Source: Salisapilia sapeloensis CBS 127946 (lineage: Eukaryota > Protista > Oomycota). From it: 64,000 bases of DNA. Where the stretch lies: the NCBI GenBank assembly GCA_023334545.1, contig JAADVB010000054.1:1-64000 (forward strand). The letters run 5' to 3'. A program made the position numbers and the translations under genes. Of this stretch, positions 30,334 through 41,918 are shown one piece after another. Position 1 is the first letter of the stretch. Every line of letters starts with the position of its first letter. The notes beneath the pieces were generated by a model. That model was not told the origin of the DNA. It saw only the letters and a program-made list of their open reading frames with translations, and ran no database searches.

Positions 30334-32058
30334 TTAGTCTCGACCGTACGCACCAGTGTACTGTCGATTCTGTTTCACTAGTCGATTCGAATCTTCCGCA
30401 AGTTCATTCATACGCATGATTTCAGCTAATAGCTTGCGTGTATCCCACGGCTCTTGCTGATTCTCAGCCAAATCAGATGCACTAAGAGCTGACTTGAGCG
30501 TCTTCTTATTCACAATATTCATACTGCCATAGTCATCGACAAAGGCTGCCTCTGGTAGACGATTCAGTGCCATCTCATCACTTACGCTAGAGTAACCATG
30601 TAAAGCCATGTTTTCACTCGACATCGATGTCTTCGTTGACGAAGACCTTGCATCGGACATATTGCGCTTGCGTAGACTTTCCAATGGGACTTGTGTACGC
30701 ATTGGATGGCGCATACGTCCAGAAGTATTCGAGCTCCCACTGCGGACACTTGAAGCATCACTTCGACTGCGTGCATATGAGTCTTCGATCGCTGTGCCAT
30801 AGTTCGATCCGGCATACGGATCCGACTGATAGTCCGAGCTATGATACGACTCCACTCGTTGAGCGCTATGGAAAGAGCCTTCACGTGGACCACTACGGTA
30901 GCTGGAGCTATGTTGAGACTTCTCGTACGTATCACTGTACGCTCCAGTGCGGAAGGATGCAGGCGTCGCAGATGTCGTGGAAAAGTAAAAGGCAGAAGAA
31001 CCGTTGACGACTTGCTCACACATCGAGTCGAGACTCGTTGGGTCACGCAGATCGACGTTTCGGATGAGCTGAACACACTTTTTACACATGTCGTGCATCA
31101 CGACGTCTATAAAGTCTTCTCCTTGTGCGAGCACACGCTTTCGAATGACACATTGCGTACATACAGGTCGGTGGCAGACAGCACATTCTTTATGCGAACG
31201 CATCATCCGGACTGGGCGTTGGTGGCAGATCTCACAGCGACCACTCGAAGCGTTTGGTTTCGGATGCATCGTGCCGTTGGCTGCTTTCACGAGAGCAGCG
31301 CCAATCCTCGCGTGAGCGCAGTCCATTGAGCGCATGACCTTGCACCACATGACGGCGAACTTGAGGTCAGCAATCCAGTCGACGACTTTCCCACCAGGTT
31401 CACAAGACCCGAGCATGTAGACGGAGACGCCGCCTGTGGCATTGCGAAAGTAGAGGTAGCACACACTTAGTTTCGCTCGTACACACTCTTTGAATGGCGG
31501 ACAGGTAGCTAGTTCCACGGACTCAGTCACAGTGTACCCGATCTCTTCGCCACGAGGTGTGCGCATGAGACCGCACTGCTCATACCAGCAGTGGTCTCGC
31601 TTCTTGACCAGACCTTTGGATGGACTGGTGACCGTCATCCACTTAAAACCTGCCGAGTAGAACGGGTTTTCCGGTGATTGGCGAGCGATGGAGCCGAGGA
31701 CAGCGCAGTCGACCAGGTCGTCACGGTATACGGCGCTCACTCGTCGGAAGTCTCGCGTGTTGTCCGCGTATCGGCCGTAGAGGACTTCATCGAGCGTACC
31801 ATCGATGGAACCGGAGCAGAGGAAGCGAGGTGCATTGGGGTCGTCGTGACCGCGACGTCGGAAGACGGTGAGTCCGCCGCGTTGCTTGAGTGCCTTCCAA
31901 CGCTTCCCACGCTCTTCCGTCGGCATCGACTGTTCTTCCAGGCACATATCTAACGTTCGCTGTACGAGCGAGTCGCCCCAGTTTTGGAAACCCTCGGCAT
32001 CTTCTTGGGATAATTGTACTGGTTCGAAATAGTTTTCAGGTAGTGGAAACACACTCAT
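30334..32058 (-). CDS. START-like domain plus FYVE-like zinc-finger protein (oomycete-type architecture)
   Basis: N-terminal PLPENYF, START-like core (FKWMTV, KKRDHCWYE, RAKLSVCYLY), then CEIC...CAVCHRPVCTQC...CKKC and a Ser-rich tail. Confidence 0.8.
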   Translation of the reverse strand: MSVFPLPENYFEPVQLSQEDAEGFQNWGDSLVQRTLDMCLEEQSMPTEERGKRWKALKQRGGLTVFRRRGHDDPNAPRFLCSGSIDGTLDEVLYGRYADNTRDFRRVSAVYRDDLVDCAVLGSIARQSPENPFYSAGFKWMTVTSPSKGLVKKRDHCWYEQCGLMRTPRGEEIGYTVTESVELATCPPFKECVRAKLSVCYLYFRNATGGVSVYMLGSCEPGGKVVDWIADLKFAVMWCKVMRSMDCAHARIGAALVKAANGTMHPKPNASSGRCEICHQRPVRMMRSHKECAVCHRPVCTQCVIRKRVLAQGEDFIDVVMHDMCKKCVQLIRNVDLRDPTSLDSMCEQVVNGSSAFYFSTTSATPASFRTGAYSDTYEKSQHSSSYRSGPREGSFHSAQRVESYHSSDYQSDPYAGSNYGTAIEDSYARSRSDASSVRSGSSNTSGRMRHPMRTQVPLESLRKRNMSDARSSSTKTSMSSENMALHGYSSVSDEMALNRLPEAAFVDDYGSMNIVNKKTLKSALSASDLAENQQEPWDTRKLLAEIMRMNELAEDSNRLVKQNRQYTGAYGRD

Positions 32059-32472
32059 AGTGCGTGTGTGCAGTAGGCAGCAGATAAAGAAATGATATGA
32101 GGTATGGAGAGAACGACGTTGCGATGGAGAAACATTTGGTGACGTGCAACAGTATCAGGGGCATCCGAAAAAGATTAGTAAGAATCGCGTTCATGACGCA
32201 AGTTATTATGCTAGGACATGTATATAAATAGATGCCAGACATTCTTGCTCCGAATCTACTTTGCTACTTTTATCGGATCTCTTGACTAGCCGGGGCTGAT
32301 CCTGATAAGCAAGCAGCATGCTGCGAGGTACTGGGTCGAATTAGATCGTGCATAAACGAGTGCATACAAGACGTCATGTAGATAAGTTGTTCCGACAAAG
32401 AAGAAATTACCAGAAGGTATCAAGATCGCTCGTCGAATTTGGACCCAGTGGATTCTTACCAGTCAATCAGAT

Positions 32473-33078
32473 TTACGTCTCTACACGAGCGTAGGCGTGT
32501 AGTACTAGGTAGGTTTCTTGCGCTAGTCTTCGAGTGGTCGAGTCTGTCGACCGATGTTTGGCCTGTAAGATACTGCACAGCGGTAGGATGGCACGATGGT
32601 ACTCCGTTAGCCCTTCCCCGGCGCAAATGGCGATCTGCTGCAACAAAAGCAGCATACGTTGATTCGCAGCATGTTCCCGCGTCCGCAGTGCCTGCTTAAA
32701 TAGTGGTACGATCTGAGGTAACGCATTCACTAGCCTTTCTTGTTCTTTCTGATCCATATCCTGCAATTCCTCCAGTAGGCCCATCGCTGCATCGAACGCA
32801 AAGGCAGGATACGGTTCGAGTGTATCTTGCACACCGCCGATGCAAATGGTCAGGTAATGCCCGAACACATCCTCCGGTACTCGCCTTGTCCACCGAACAA
32901 GATGACCTTCGAAGTCACCTTTTTGCTGCGTAATGCTTAATGGCAACTCTCCTTGTTCTAATTGCATACGAAAAAGGGTCTGTTTCTTCGATTTCGTACG
33001 ACTCCTTGATGGGGTTGTTGGGTGCGATGACGACGCCTTGGATTGCTCTTCCTCCGCTCGCCATACCTGAGTCGCCAT
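32473..33078 (-). CDS. PACRG-family (ParcG domain, PACRG-like) protein
   Basis: GELPLSI...VRW...YLTICIGGVQDTLEPYPAFA...LPQIVPLFKQALRT...YHRAILP matches the ParcG pattern; the 3' end may involve an unrecognised intron. Confidence 0.65.
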   Translation of the reverse strand: MATQVWRAEEEQSKASSSHPTTPSRSRTKSKKQTLFRMQLEQGELPLSITQQKGDFEGHLVRWTRRVPEDVFGHYLTICIGGVQDTLEPYPAFAFDAAMGLLEELQDMDQKEQERLVNALPQIVPLFKQALRTREHAANQRMLLLLQQIAICAGEGLTEYHRAILPLCSILQAKHRSTDSTTRRLAQETYLVLHAYARVET

Positions 33079-33276
33079 CGTTTCCTTCTCCTCCCACCCA
33101 AAGCTAAAGATAGTGCGATCGTCGTGTCAACCAGCACATGTCAAGTTTACGTCATGTGGATCATGATGGGTACAAACGTCACAGAAATATAAAAAAACCT
33201 TCAGAACACATAAATTAAAAGGTTGTACGAAGCGGTCCATTTCGCAACTCGATTTCGGAGGAGACGAGTAGCTCGG

Positions 33277-34167
33277 ATGATGCAGGAGCCGGAGGAAGCT
33301 GAAACCGCGGCTGACCAAGCGTTGGAGCTCGTGCGAGACAGGTCGGACACGGAGGAGTTCCCGATGCATGAAGAGTGCACGGCCATTCTCACGATGAAGT
33401 GTGGCGAGCCTCGCATGGCTGTTCGGAAGAAATTGCATGAGGAAATTCCAATCACGTTTCGACCAGACGAAGGCTTTGGCGTCTTCCAGAGTAAAGTCGA
33501 GCGTCATTTCTCGAAAATCAGTCCGTCGTACGTCCAGGAGAAGCGTGGTATCTACCTAAAGCCATCGACGAACGCGACGCAGAGCAAGTACGTTTTACTG
33601 ACCAAGGACAATTTCATGGCGTTATTACGAAATCGATGGAAGATGTGCAAGAGTATGAAAGTTGAGTTAAAGTACGACATCTTTTGCTACTTTGTCGACG
33701 CGACAGAACGACGTGGGAGGAAACCCACCAAGACGTTCCAGAAACAGCTTCTCGCATCGCAGAATACGACACCAGCGTCTGCAATCGCACCGGACAATGC
33801 TACCTTTTTATCCATCATGTCGCCTCTTTTGTCAGGTCATTCGATCTCTCAAGCCGTACAAAACTTTGGCGAGGCAGCAGCAACCGGTGCGCCGATGCTT
33901 CCATCAGATAAGAAGTTACACGGCAGTGACTCACCGTCGCTGTCTGCCAACGGCCGTGACACGACCGGCTTGTCGAATTTGCATGAAAGTGATAGTGACC
34001 GGCCGCGGAAAGCCGCGCGAGTAGAAGGTCGCTTCCAGAGTATCCCGTTCCGAGTGAACGGCGTTGTGCTGCCATTGGAAGTGGATGTGATTGCACTTCG
34101 AAGGGCGATTGGACTGGAATTACCGGAAGGACAGGATCCAGAGACGACGCCAGATGCAGAGATATAA
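33277..34167 (+). CDS. Hypothetical protein, probably a lineage-specific family
   Basis: Long ORF with globular blocks IYLKPSTNATQSKYVLLTKDNFMALLRNRW and FRVNGVVLPLEVDVIALRRAIGL; no function recognised. Confidence 0.6.
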   Translation: MMQEPEEAETAADQALELVRDRSDTEEFPMHEECTAILTMKCGEPRMAVRKKLHEEIPITFRPDEGFGVFQSKVERHFSKISPSYVQEKRGIYLKPSTNATQSKYVLLTKDNFMALLRNRWKMCKSMKVELKYDIFCYFVDATERRGRKPTKTFQKQLLASQNTTPASAIAPDNATFLSIMSPLLSGHSISQAVQNFGEAAATGAPMLPSDKKLHGSDSPSLSANGRDTTGLSNLHESDSDRPRKAARVEGRFQSIPFRVNGVVLPLEVDVIALRRAIGLELPEGQDPETTPDAEI

Positions 34168-34212
34168 GATTTTTTTCGAATGAAACAGTTTACGACAAAG
34201 AGTTGACCATGT

Positions 34213-35471
34213 TTAGGCGAGTTGGCTACGGATGAAGGTGGAGCTGAGGGTGCTGCTCTCCGTTCGTCGACATACGTAGATCGACACGTCCGGTAGTTGT
34301 CGCTCACGTCGAATGTCATTGATCTTCCGCGCGCCGGAGATGGTTTCAGACGATACGATTAAAGCTGCTGGATATGGAATCGTGATGGCTGGACCGAAAG
34401 GGTCTTCGATCGTCACGATCTCTAGCTCGAGATTCGGACGAAGGAAACGAAGGTATGATTCGACCTTTTGTTTCCGTGTGACGATTGACTCGATTAGATG
34501 GGCATACTTTTTCTTTTGTAAGAGTGCGTCGGACGTCACACCGACCACCATCTTCCGTTTACAGACGCTTAGTGCGAGCGACAAGAGCTTCTTGTGACCG
34601 TTATGGAGATGGTCGAACGTTCCGCCGAGGATAGCCTACTATATGATTAGACTAGAGATAGACATAAAGAGAGTTTAGCGTACAGTATCGTTTGGTGTGA
34701 GTGATTGACTTTCGTCTTCAAAGTAGTGCAGGTCGTTGCCGAGACGACGTTCGATGTGGATGGCTAAGGGATGGTAGGTGACGGCGTAGAGACCGTCGTG
34801 TTCAAAGCGTTTGGCATTTAACCGTTGTACGTCTTCGTATGCGTCTTCTCCAAAGACTGCGTTGAGCTCAGGCAGTTCCACTAGCTCTTCCCAAGACCGA
34901 TATGGAGGAGAGGTAAAGCCTCCGATGATCCTAGTTGCATGCTTTAGTGTCATTCGAGATACGCATAATAGAGTATAGTACTTGACGTCTAGCAGAGGTC
35001 GACCTTGGGTGCATAGAATGTCCCATACGAGTGCATAGAGCTCGCTAGTGTAATTGACGATCTCATGTCGGTCTGCTCCATCAACAAACACGAGAAGTGT
35101 CTGAGATACTCGATGGATGGACTGCTCTAATAGGACATCATTCTTGACCAAGTCACTAGGACAATGCTTAGATTATTCTGTCTTGGATTAGGATAGGATA
35201 GGAAGGAGTACCGAAAGTTGCGAGGAACGTGGACACGCACGAGACCGGTTTGGACACGAGACGCATCGTTCGAGGAGTTACTGGCGTTCTGGTGACGGCC
35301 GACTTTGTGTTTGTGGAAACTGGAGATGCCGACAACCGTGCAGATACCCAAGGCCACTGCAACGAGCGTTCCTGGACTCCCGAGCGCAGCAGACGAAGCA
35401 CCTGAGCCTGATACCTTCATTAGTCGTTTATGCATTATCTTCTGGCCGACAGCATAGCTGTTTAAGGACAT
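34213..35471 (-). CDS. Phosphopantetheine adenylyltransferase (CoA biosynthesis), 4 exons
   Basis: Spliced nucleotidyltransferase motif AILGGTFDHLHNGHKKLL, VGVTSDALLQKKKY, DPFGPAI, VSSETISGARKIN, SSTFIR. Introns 35156-35211, 34931-34981, 34636-34683. Confidence 0.85.
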
Positions 35472-35719
35472 TTGCTAACGCCACCGACCACTTGTACCCG
35501 ACAAAATAGATTTAGAAAATGTTTTCCAGTCGTCATCTAAAGTAATAACGAGAAATGAAGACGCATATATCTACCTGTCAAAGCACATCTGGTACTTCTG
35601 CATGTAGTAGAGATTTATACGAGTACGAAATAGTGGTCCGTCTCATATTGGTCGGTATTCGTAGCATTCCTAACTAAAACTATCCATCACACGAAAGAGT
35701 TTGTATCAAAAGTAGCCTT

Positions 35720-37495
35720 ATGATCAAAGTAGAAAGCGGAAGCGGACGAAGGATGAGCACAACGGCCTTTTCCATCGGACCACGCTGGTCGCACGATGAG
35801 CTGTATCTATTTTTTCGTCTTGTGAAAGAGTTCGGACCGCGCTTTCAAGACATTGCCGATAGTCTTCCGCTCCGGACCGAGGCCATGGTCTCGTCGTTGT
35901 ATGAAATGCATCGTGGTTATCTTTCGCTGTCGGAAGCCTCCGCGGAAGGCTTTTGCACCATCTTGAAGGACTATTATACTGCACAGCAGTCTCCCCATCC
36001 ACGTGCTAGTGAAGATGGCACGTCAGACAACTCGAACGGGCAAAATCAGCAGTCAAATGATGCTACCACAGCTCCGATCACCGTATCCTCTGTCTCGAGA
36101 GAGCCTCTACTACGTGGAAAGGTATTTATCTGCATACATTCCATTGTATCTATTCGTATCTAAGCTTCCATGGGTAGAGTAAGCTTTTAAAGAGTCGAAA
36201 CCCAAGTCCATCACGCCGATACACGGATCTCGAGGCGCTTCTATCGCCCAAGTACGACCTTCCATGGTTCTACTGGTTTGATTCTTTCCTCGACATGGGT
36301 TTCCTCTCTGTCAACGAATTCCAAAGCTGCCTGCATTCGATGGGCATTGCGAAATTAACCAAGGCTCCAAGACCTGTATGGGCATCGATTCGAGCATCCA
36401 TGGGCAAGCCACGTCGACTGAGCAAGAGCTTTCTAGAGCTCGAACGAGGCAAATTAGAACGAGATCGAATGAAGCAAGTATTCATCGAAGACGCATCGAA
36501 TGTACGCCATCTATAATGCCTAGCTAGTCTACCTGATCCTCATAAGAGCTAATAGGGATCTAAGAAACGCAAGACGAGTCGGAGCAAGCTACTGCCGGAA
36601 CAGCAACCTGTAATCGGTAAGTTGGTTCTGAACCGTCACCTAGCGCGTACTTATGATCTGAATAGTTCAATTCATGCCGAACGATCCTGCGTATGCATCT
36701 GTGACACCAACTTTCCATCCCGTCCGCTTCCATGTCGGCACGGTTCTTGATCCGAACGTCAGGCATGATCAGTGCTTGGTACAATTATCAGATCCGTCGG
36801 TCGTCGTCACACGTCCTCTATCGACCGTTATGCCGTACAATCCTCGGAAACGTCGGTTACGCAAGCAGGAGATGATAACGGATGAAGTGGCGGTGCCCGC
36901 GCCCTCGTATCCAGATGTTCTGCATCAATATTTGACCGCGAAAGATTTGTTAGCGAGGAAGTGGAGTCTCCTGCAGCATCTTTCGCGGTTAAATGCTCAG
37001 CATCAAGCCGTACATCCGCGTCCGTCAGCTCCTGTCGAGCAAGTGCTGCAATTTGCCTGTGCGCACGTCGAGTCGACGGATGATCGTGCGTGGCTTCTAG
37101 CAAATCTAGATGCGACCAACCGAGCGTTACGGTCTGTGCTGCAACAGCTGCGTCATGCGCATGCAGAAAACGAGCGGGACGAGAGCCAGATGACTTTGAA
37201 TTTACACGAGATGCGGTGGGCGAGCACCTTTCTCGCGAGAAGCCAGCGCCAGGCGTTGGCGATGGCAAGGCGAATGCAAAGCGATCGTGAGGCGGGTCTC
37301 GGGGACAACATCACGGAACTTATTGCCAATTGTGTCTGTCTCATGAGCGTTATCCAAGTCTGTGCGAGTCAATCCATCCCGCAGAATGTTGAAGCGAAGC
37401 TTGTAGGCCGTGTTCTGGAGCTACTAGCGCCGGTGCACGGTGATAATGTAGGGTTATATGAGGAAGTACGGGGTGCCGTGGCAGGGTTTCTCTAG
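35720..37495 (+). CDS. LIN9: LIN9/ALWAYS EARLY-like DREAM/MuvB subunit (SANT plus DIRP domains), 4 exons
   Basis: GPRWSHDELYLFF...LYEMHRGYLSL (ALY-type SANT); DIRP block NEF...WASIRASMGKPRRLSKSFLELER. Introns 36122-36177, 36502-36555, 36617-36665. Confidence 0.75.
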
Positions 37496-37855
37496 CTATC
37501 AAGTGGGCATGTAAATAGAGGCAGGACGATATTTTCATGGATGCGATGTCCCATTTTTTCATAAGCCATCACAGGTTTCTGAACGCGTTCGCGGGTAGTT
37601 CGAGTGGAAAGAGACTGACCAAACTTCCCCATCGTTCGGTATCACGCTTCATCACTGGCTTCTTTCTCTCTTGAGTTTGTATACACTAGCGTGAGCATCG
37701 TCCTGTTGCTGCCACGATCTTCGACATCCACAGGGATAAAGAAAGGAGGTGGAGGAGTAAGTCACATTGAATTCCAAACGAATTGTGCTCAGCTTTACTT
37801 TTGAAATCAGCGGCAAATCGCTACCGTCAAGTGAAGAATAAAGAACAGCGAGACC

Positions 37856-40147
37856 ATGGCGAGTGGACCAATGTGGATACTTTGCCTCGCCATTGTCGCA
37901 ATATGGACTTGTAGTTCAGCACAAGAGTCGGCTAGTAATTCTCAATCGAGTGCCTCAAGTGATGACGACATTGCAGGTAAAGACCGGAAAGTCTTGGACG
38001 TGTTAAAAACGACGTCGGGGCTCGAGCCTTGGGTCGATATCAATACCCCGGATGACGTCAAGACCTACCAAACGTCGCGAGGTGAGACTTGGCATCTCGT
38101 CATGTCGGACGAGTTCACCGACACCAATCGCAGTTTCAAGCCCGGGGAAGATCACTTTATTACTTCATTAGAGAAACCGGACGGTGTCAATGGCGCCGTT
38201 GAAATCTACTCGCATAACATGACGAGCATCCAATGCGACGAAGAAGATGGGGAAGAAATGTGCTACTTGCAGATAAAAACCATTGACGAAGTGACTGTCT
38301 TGTCCGTCTACAATCTGTACACGCGTCCACCTTCGTATCAGAATTCGACTTTCTACTATCGCTCCGGCATGCTCCAGTCCTGGAACAAGTTTTGCTTCCG
38401 AGGAGGCATGCTCGAGTTCCGAGCCAAGATGCCTGGTGCCATCACGGAAGAAAGCGGGAACCCAGACATCTACCTCGGTTCGTCTGGTCGAGCGCTTAAT
38501 ATCGAGTACTACCCGACCTGGCCTGGTCTGTGGATTATGGGGAACCTCGGTCGAGCCATTTTCTCTGCTTCCACCTACCGCATGTGGCCATTTACGTATG
38601 ACGAGTGCAATAACAAGGCGTTTGACTCATCCAACCAACGCATCAGTGCCTGTGATTCGAATCCTGGCCATGGCTTGAATCCGAACCAAGGACGTGGTGC
38701 TCCTGAAATTGATATCCTAGAAGGTGGCGGGACAGAGATCTCGTCGTCGATTCAATTAGGACCAGGCATGCCGATGAAATACCGTCTGAAGACACCGAAC
38801 AAGACGTACGACGGATCGGACGAGTCATGCTTTTACGCTCGAACGTGTAAGACGCCTGGTGCGAATGATCCGAATGTCCCGACGAAACTGTACAAGGAAC
38901 GAGATTATCAGACATGGTATGCTGGTATGCGCTATGCTCCAAACCCGTACTGTGTCCTGTGGGGCAACTGGACTCAGAGTTGGGATGTCGTGAAGAACAC
39001 GATGAAGACCGGGATCACGGAAAACAAGTGTGACTTGACGAATTGTCCGTTCTCCAAGGACGTTCTCGGTGATACGGGCTACATTGACGGAGATAAGTCG
39101 AAAGGTCGATGGGGTATTAACTCGGAAGGTGCTTGCTATCCTGTCATGAACGGATATAGAGGAACGTACTTGTGTGATCCGGATAGCACGGATGAGAATT
39201 GTCCTGAGCCGCGAAATTCGTCGACGCCAAAGACAGATACGATGGAGCCATTCAACTACCGTATGGATGCTCTGTCTGCGAATTGGGATGCCCATATGGG
39301 TGTCTACATGGACTTCCAGAACTATCAGTTGGAATGGGTACTTGGTGACGAAGGGTACGTTCGTTGGCAGTTGAATGGCGTTCCGATCTACGAGATTCCA
39401 TCCGAGACGATCACGAATATCGGACAAGACGCAGACGAAACGAATCCGAATAAGATTCCAGTGGAAGAACCCATGTACATTATCATGAACGTTGCCATTA
39501 GTCAGCAATGGGGTGCCTTCCCACCGAACATTGGTAAGCGTTGTCGAGGCGATGGGAAGGATGAGAAGGCGAATCGTATCTGTGACTCGTTCCCCATGTA
39601 CATGAAGGTCGATCACATTCGGCTGTATCAGGACAATAGTGGTAGCATGAGTCTCGGCTGCGATCCGAACTCCCATCCGACTCGCAAGTGGATCCAGGAC
39701 CACATTGACGACTATGAAGACCCAGACAATCTGCACATCGACGTCCATGGCGGAGCAACGTGCAAGACCAATGACGATTGTAGTATCCCATACACTCCCT
39801 CGACCATGTTCCAGACAGGCTACTGCGGTGACAACGGCCGATGTTCGTGCTCGACGCAGTACTATGGCGGTCCACGCTGCACGACGCAGCTGGAGGAAGT
39901 GGACTCGACGGGTCTCGTCCAGATCTCGAGCTACGGCCCGCCTATGTCCTTATCGATCGCGTACGCTAGCTGCGCGTGGATCGCGACGATCGTCGTGATC
40001 ATCATATATAGTATCAAGCGCAGGAAGGAACGATTAGCCAAGTTTGAAAAGGAAGAGAAGCTGCGTATGCGCAAAGAGTATGACATTACGCCATCGAGTG
40101 CCAAGACTCCAAATGGTTTTGACAAGTTCGATGAGCCACGTACGTAG
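37856..40147 (+). CDS. Beta-glucan synthesis-associated SKN1/KRE6-like GH16 protein
   Basis: Signal peptide; WHLVMSDEF, YRSGMLQSWNKFCFRGG, WPGLWIMGNLGRA, GRGAPEIDILE, FPMYMKVDHIRLYQ; C-terminal transmembrane helix. Confidence 0.9.
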   Translation: MASGPMWILCLAIVAIWTCSSAQESASNSQSSASSDDDIAGKDRKVLDVLKTTSGLEPWVDINTPDDVKTYQTSRGETWHLVMSDEFTDTNRSFKPGEDHFITSLEKPDGVNGAVEIYSHNMTSIQCDEEDGEEMCYLQIKTIDEVTVLSVYNLYTRPPSYQNSTFYYRSGMLQSWNKFCFRGGMLEFRAKMPGAITEESGNPDIYLGSSGRALNIEYYPTWPGLWIMGNLGRAIFSASTYRMWPFTYDECNNKAFDSSNQRISACDSNPGHGLNPNQGRGAPEIDILEGGGTEISSSIQLGPGMPMKYRLKTPNKTYDGSDESCFYARTCKTPGANDPNVPTKLYKERDYQTWYAGMRYAPNPYCVLWGNWTQSWDVVKNTMKTGITENKCDLTNCPFSKDVLGDTGYIDGDKSKGRWGINSEGACYPVMNGYRGTYLCDPDSTDENCPEPRNSSTPKTDTMEPFNYRMDALSANWDAHMGVYMDFQNYQLEWVLGDEGYVRWQLNGVPIYEIPSETITNIGQDADETNPNKIPVEEPMYIIMNVAISQQWGAFPPNIGKRCRGDGKDEKANRICDSFPMYMKVDHIRLYQDNSGSMSLGCDPNSHPTRKWIQDHIDDYEDPDNLHIDVHGGATCKTNDDCSIPYTPSTMFQTGYCGDNGRCSCSTQYYGGPRCTTQLEEVDSTGLVQISSYGPPMSLSIAYASCAWIATIVVIIIYSIKRRKERLAKFEKEEKLRMRKEYDITPSSAKTPNGFDKFDEPRT

Positions 40148-40202
40148 GGTAAGAAACAAGCTTGTATTTCTTGTGTTTTTCCTTTTCAATCATCATGTTT
40201 GT

Positions 40203-41777
40203 CTACGCGTGGAGCTTTTCCGCTCGACGGAAGAGTGTGTCGACAACACCACCAACATTTTCAATCACGCCGAGACCTGTTGTATACGTCTGATCGTCTT
40301 GCGTGTCATCGTACACGATGAGTTGTCCTTTGCCTTGGTCCAAGATGCCGTGGAACTTGTGGTCCAAGATCATTTGAGACAGCTTGAGCTGCACTTGCGT
40401 CAACGGCAGTTGGATGAGCTCCGCGACGTGCGAGATTTCGACACAGGAGAACGGCTGGATGATCTTGATCAAGTTCGTTTCCAACAATTGTTCGTACAGC
40501 TTGTCCAAGTGCGACTTGATAAGAGGATCATGCACGAGCTGCGCTTCGTACTTGCTCGTAGCAGCCTCAAACATCTCGAGAGATCGCTTCTCGTGCGCCT
40601 TGCCGACTGCCTGCAGCGCTTCGACGTCAATACCGAGGAACTTGAGTGCCTGTTTGCCATTGACGATGCTGTTGAGCTCGCTCGCGCCGCCACTGGCCAC
40701 CTTGGACAGCATCATGTACTTGAGGCAGCGCATGGCTTCGTCTTCATCCATGCTAGCGAGTGCCTCGAAGGCTTCGAAAAAGTACGAGTACGCCGTCTTG
40801 TAGTCGTGCTCTTCGGCGTGGAGAATGCCGGACATTTGATCGATTTGCGCCTGCGTGCGTGGCACGATATAGATGGCGTTCGAGATACTGCGTGCAGCCG
40901 TAAGGGCTGCCTTGGCCTTGGGGATGTTACGCAAAGCGTGCTGGAGTTTGCACTCGACGAGATGGATCTCAACGAGCAGTTGCTTGTCGTCCAGTTTTTT
41001 AATCTCGCGCAAAAGCTTGTCGATCAATTCAAGCGCTGGCTGATACTTGTGCTGCTGGAAGTAGCTGTGGCAATTGTTTAGTTAGGTTTGCACAGTAGTG
41101 GAAGACGGTGGGACGTACATGGAAGCGAGACGAGATTCAACACGCTGACGAAGGAACGTGTGCTTCTCTTGGTTGCACCATTCGATCGAGTCGAGGCACA
41201 AGTCGGCTTGTAGCTGCAATGCTTTTTCACTGTCGAGCACTTGGACCTTGGCGACCATATCGATGACCGTGCGGACTAGTAGGCATGCGTGAGGTCGACA
41301 ACGGATAGAAAAGTATATGATAACATACCGATTTTGCCCGTTTTGGCTTTCGGAAGTGTCATGAAGAATGGACGTAGAGACTGTAGTAACGTCGCAAGCT
41401 CCTTTTCACGTCTATACATGCTGCATGAGTACATTTGAATACAATCGAGTAGAAAATGCAACCAGTACCCGTATTGGATGTAAAGCTGGCTGAGCTTGTA
41501 GATGGCATGTTCCTTGACACGCTGTACAACTTCCTCCGAACCATCGTCCATCTCCTCTGTTCAAGTGTATTTATAAGTATACGAGATAGCATGGTTGTCT
41601 CGGACTGAAGATCTTACCGTAAGCAATGATCGACTGATAGCTCTCAATGGCCTTCGATGGGTCGGATGACGCCGTTAGTGTATCCGTGATTTCGTTCGTG
41701 TCCTCTAGACGAGTCTGCAATGGGTGCTCTTCTTCCCCTGTCGAGATAGTCATCTCCACGTCCTGTACTTCAGCCAT
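40203..41777 (-). CDS. RPN6: 26S proteasome lid subunit RPN6/PSMD11, 5 exons
   Basis: KEHAIYKL, FFMTLPKAKTGKIVRTVID, TFLRQRVESRL, DDKQLLVEIHL, DYKTAYSYFFEAFE, PCI domain KLSQMILDHKFHGILDQG. Introns 41557-41617, 41412-41468, 41276-41328, 41065-41118. Confidence 0.95.
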
Positions 41778-41918
41778 GGTCGACGCTTCCTTCTTCGTGC
41801 TTTTCTGCTTGTTAGTGTGTCGGATAGATCGTTCTCATGTCACTGGCTAAAAAGATAAATTAAAAGCTATGATTGGAGGATATTAGATTTCCGAAGAAAA
41901 GAAAAACATTTATTTTCT

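Noticed and set aside
38648-38670. GATTCGAATCC resembling a tRNA T-loop
   Set aside because: Lies inside the KRE6-like CDS with no cloverleaf.
38825-39748. 307-aa minus-strand ORF
   Set aside because: Antisense shadow of the KRE6-like gene.
40044-41081. 345-aa plus-strand ORF
   Set aside because: Antisense shadow of RPN6.
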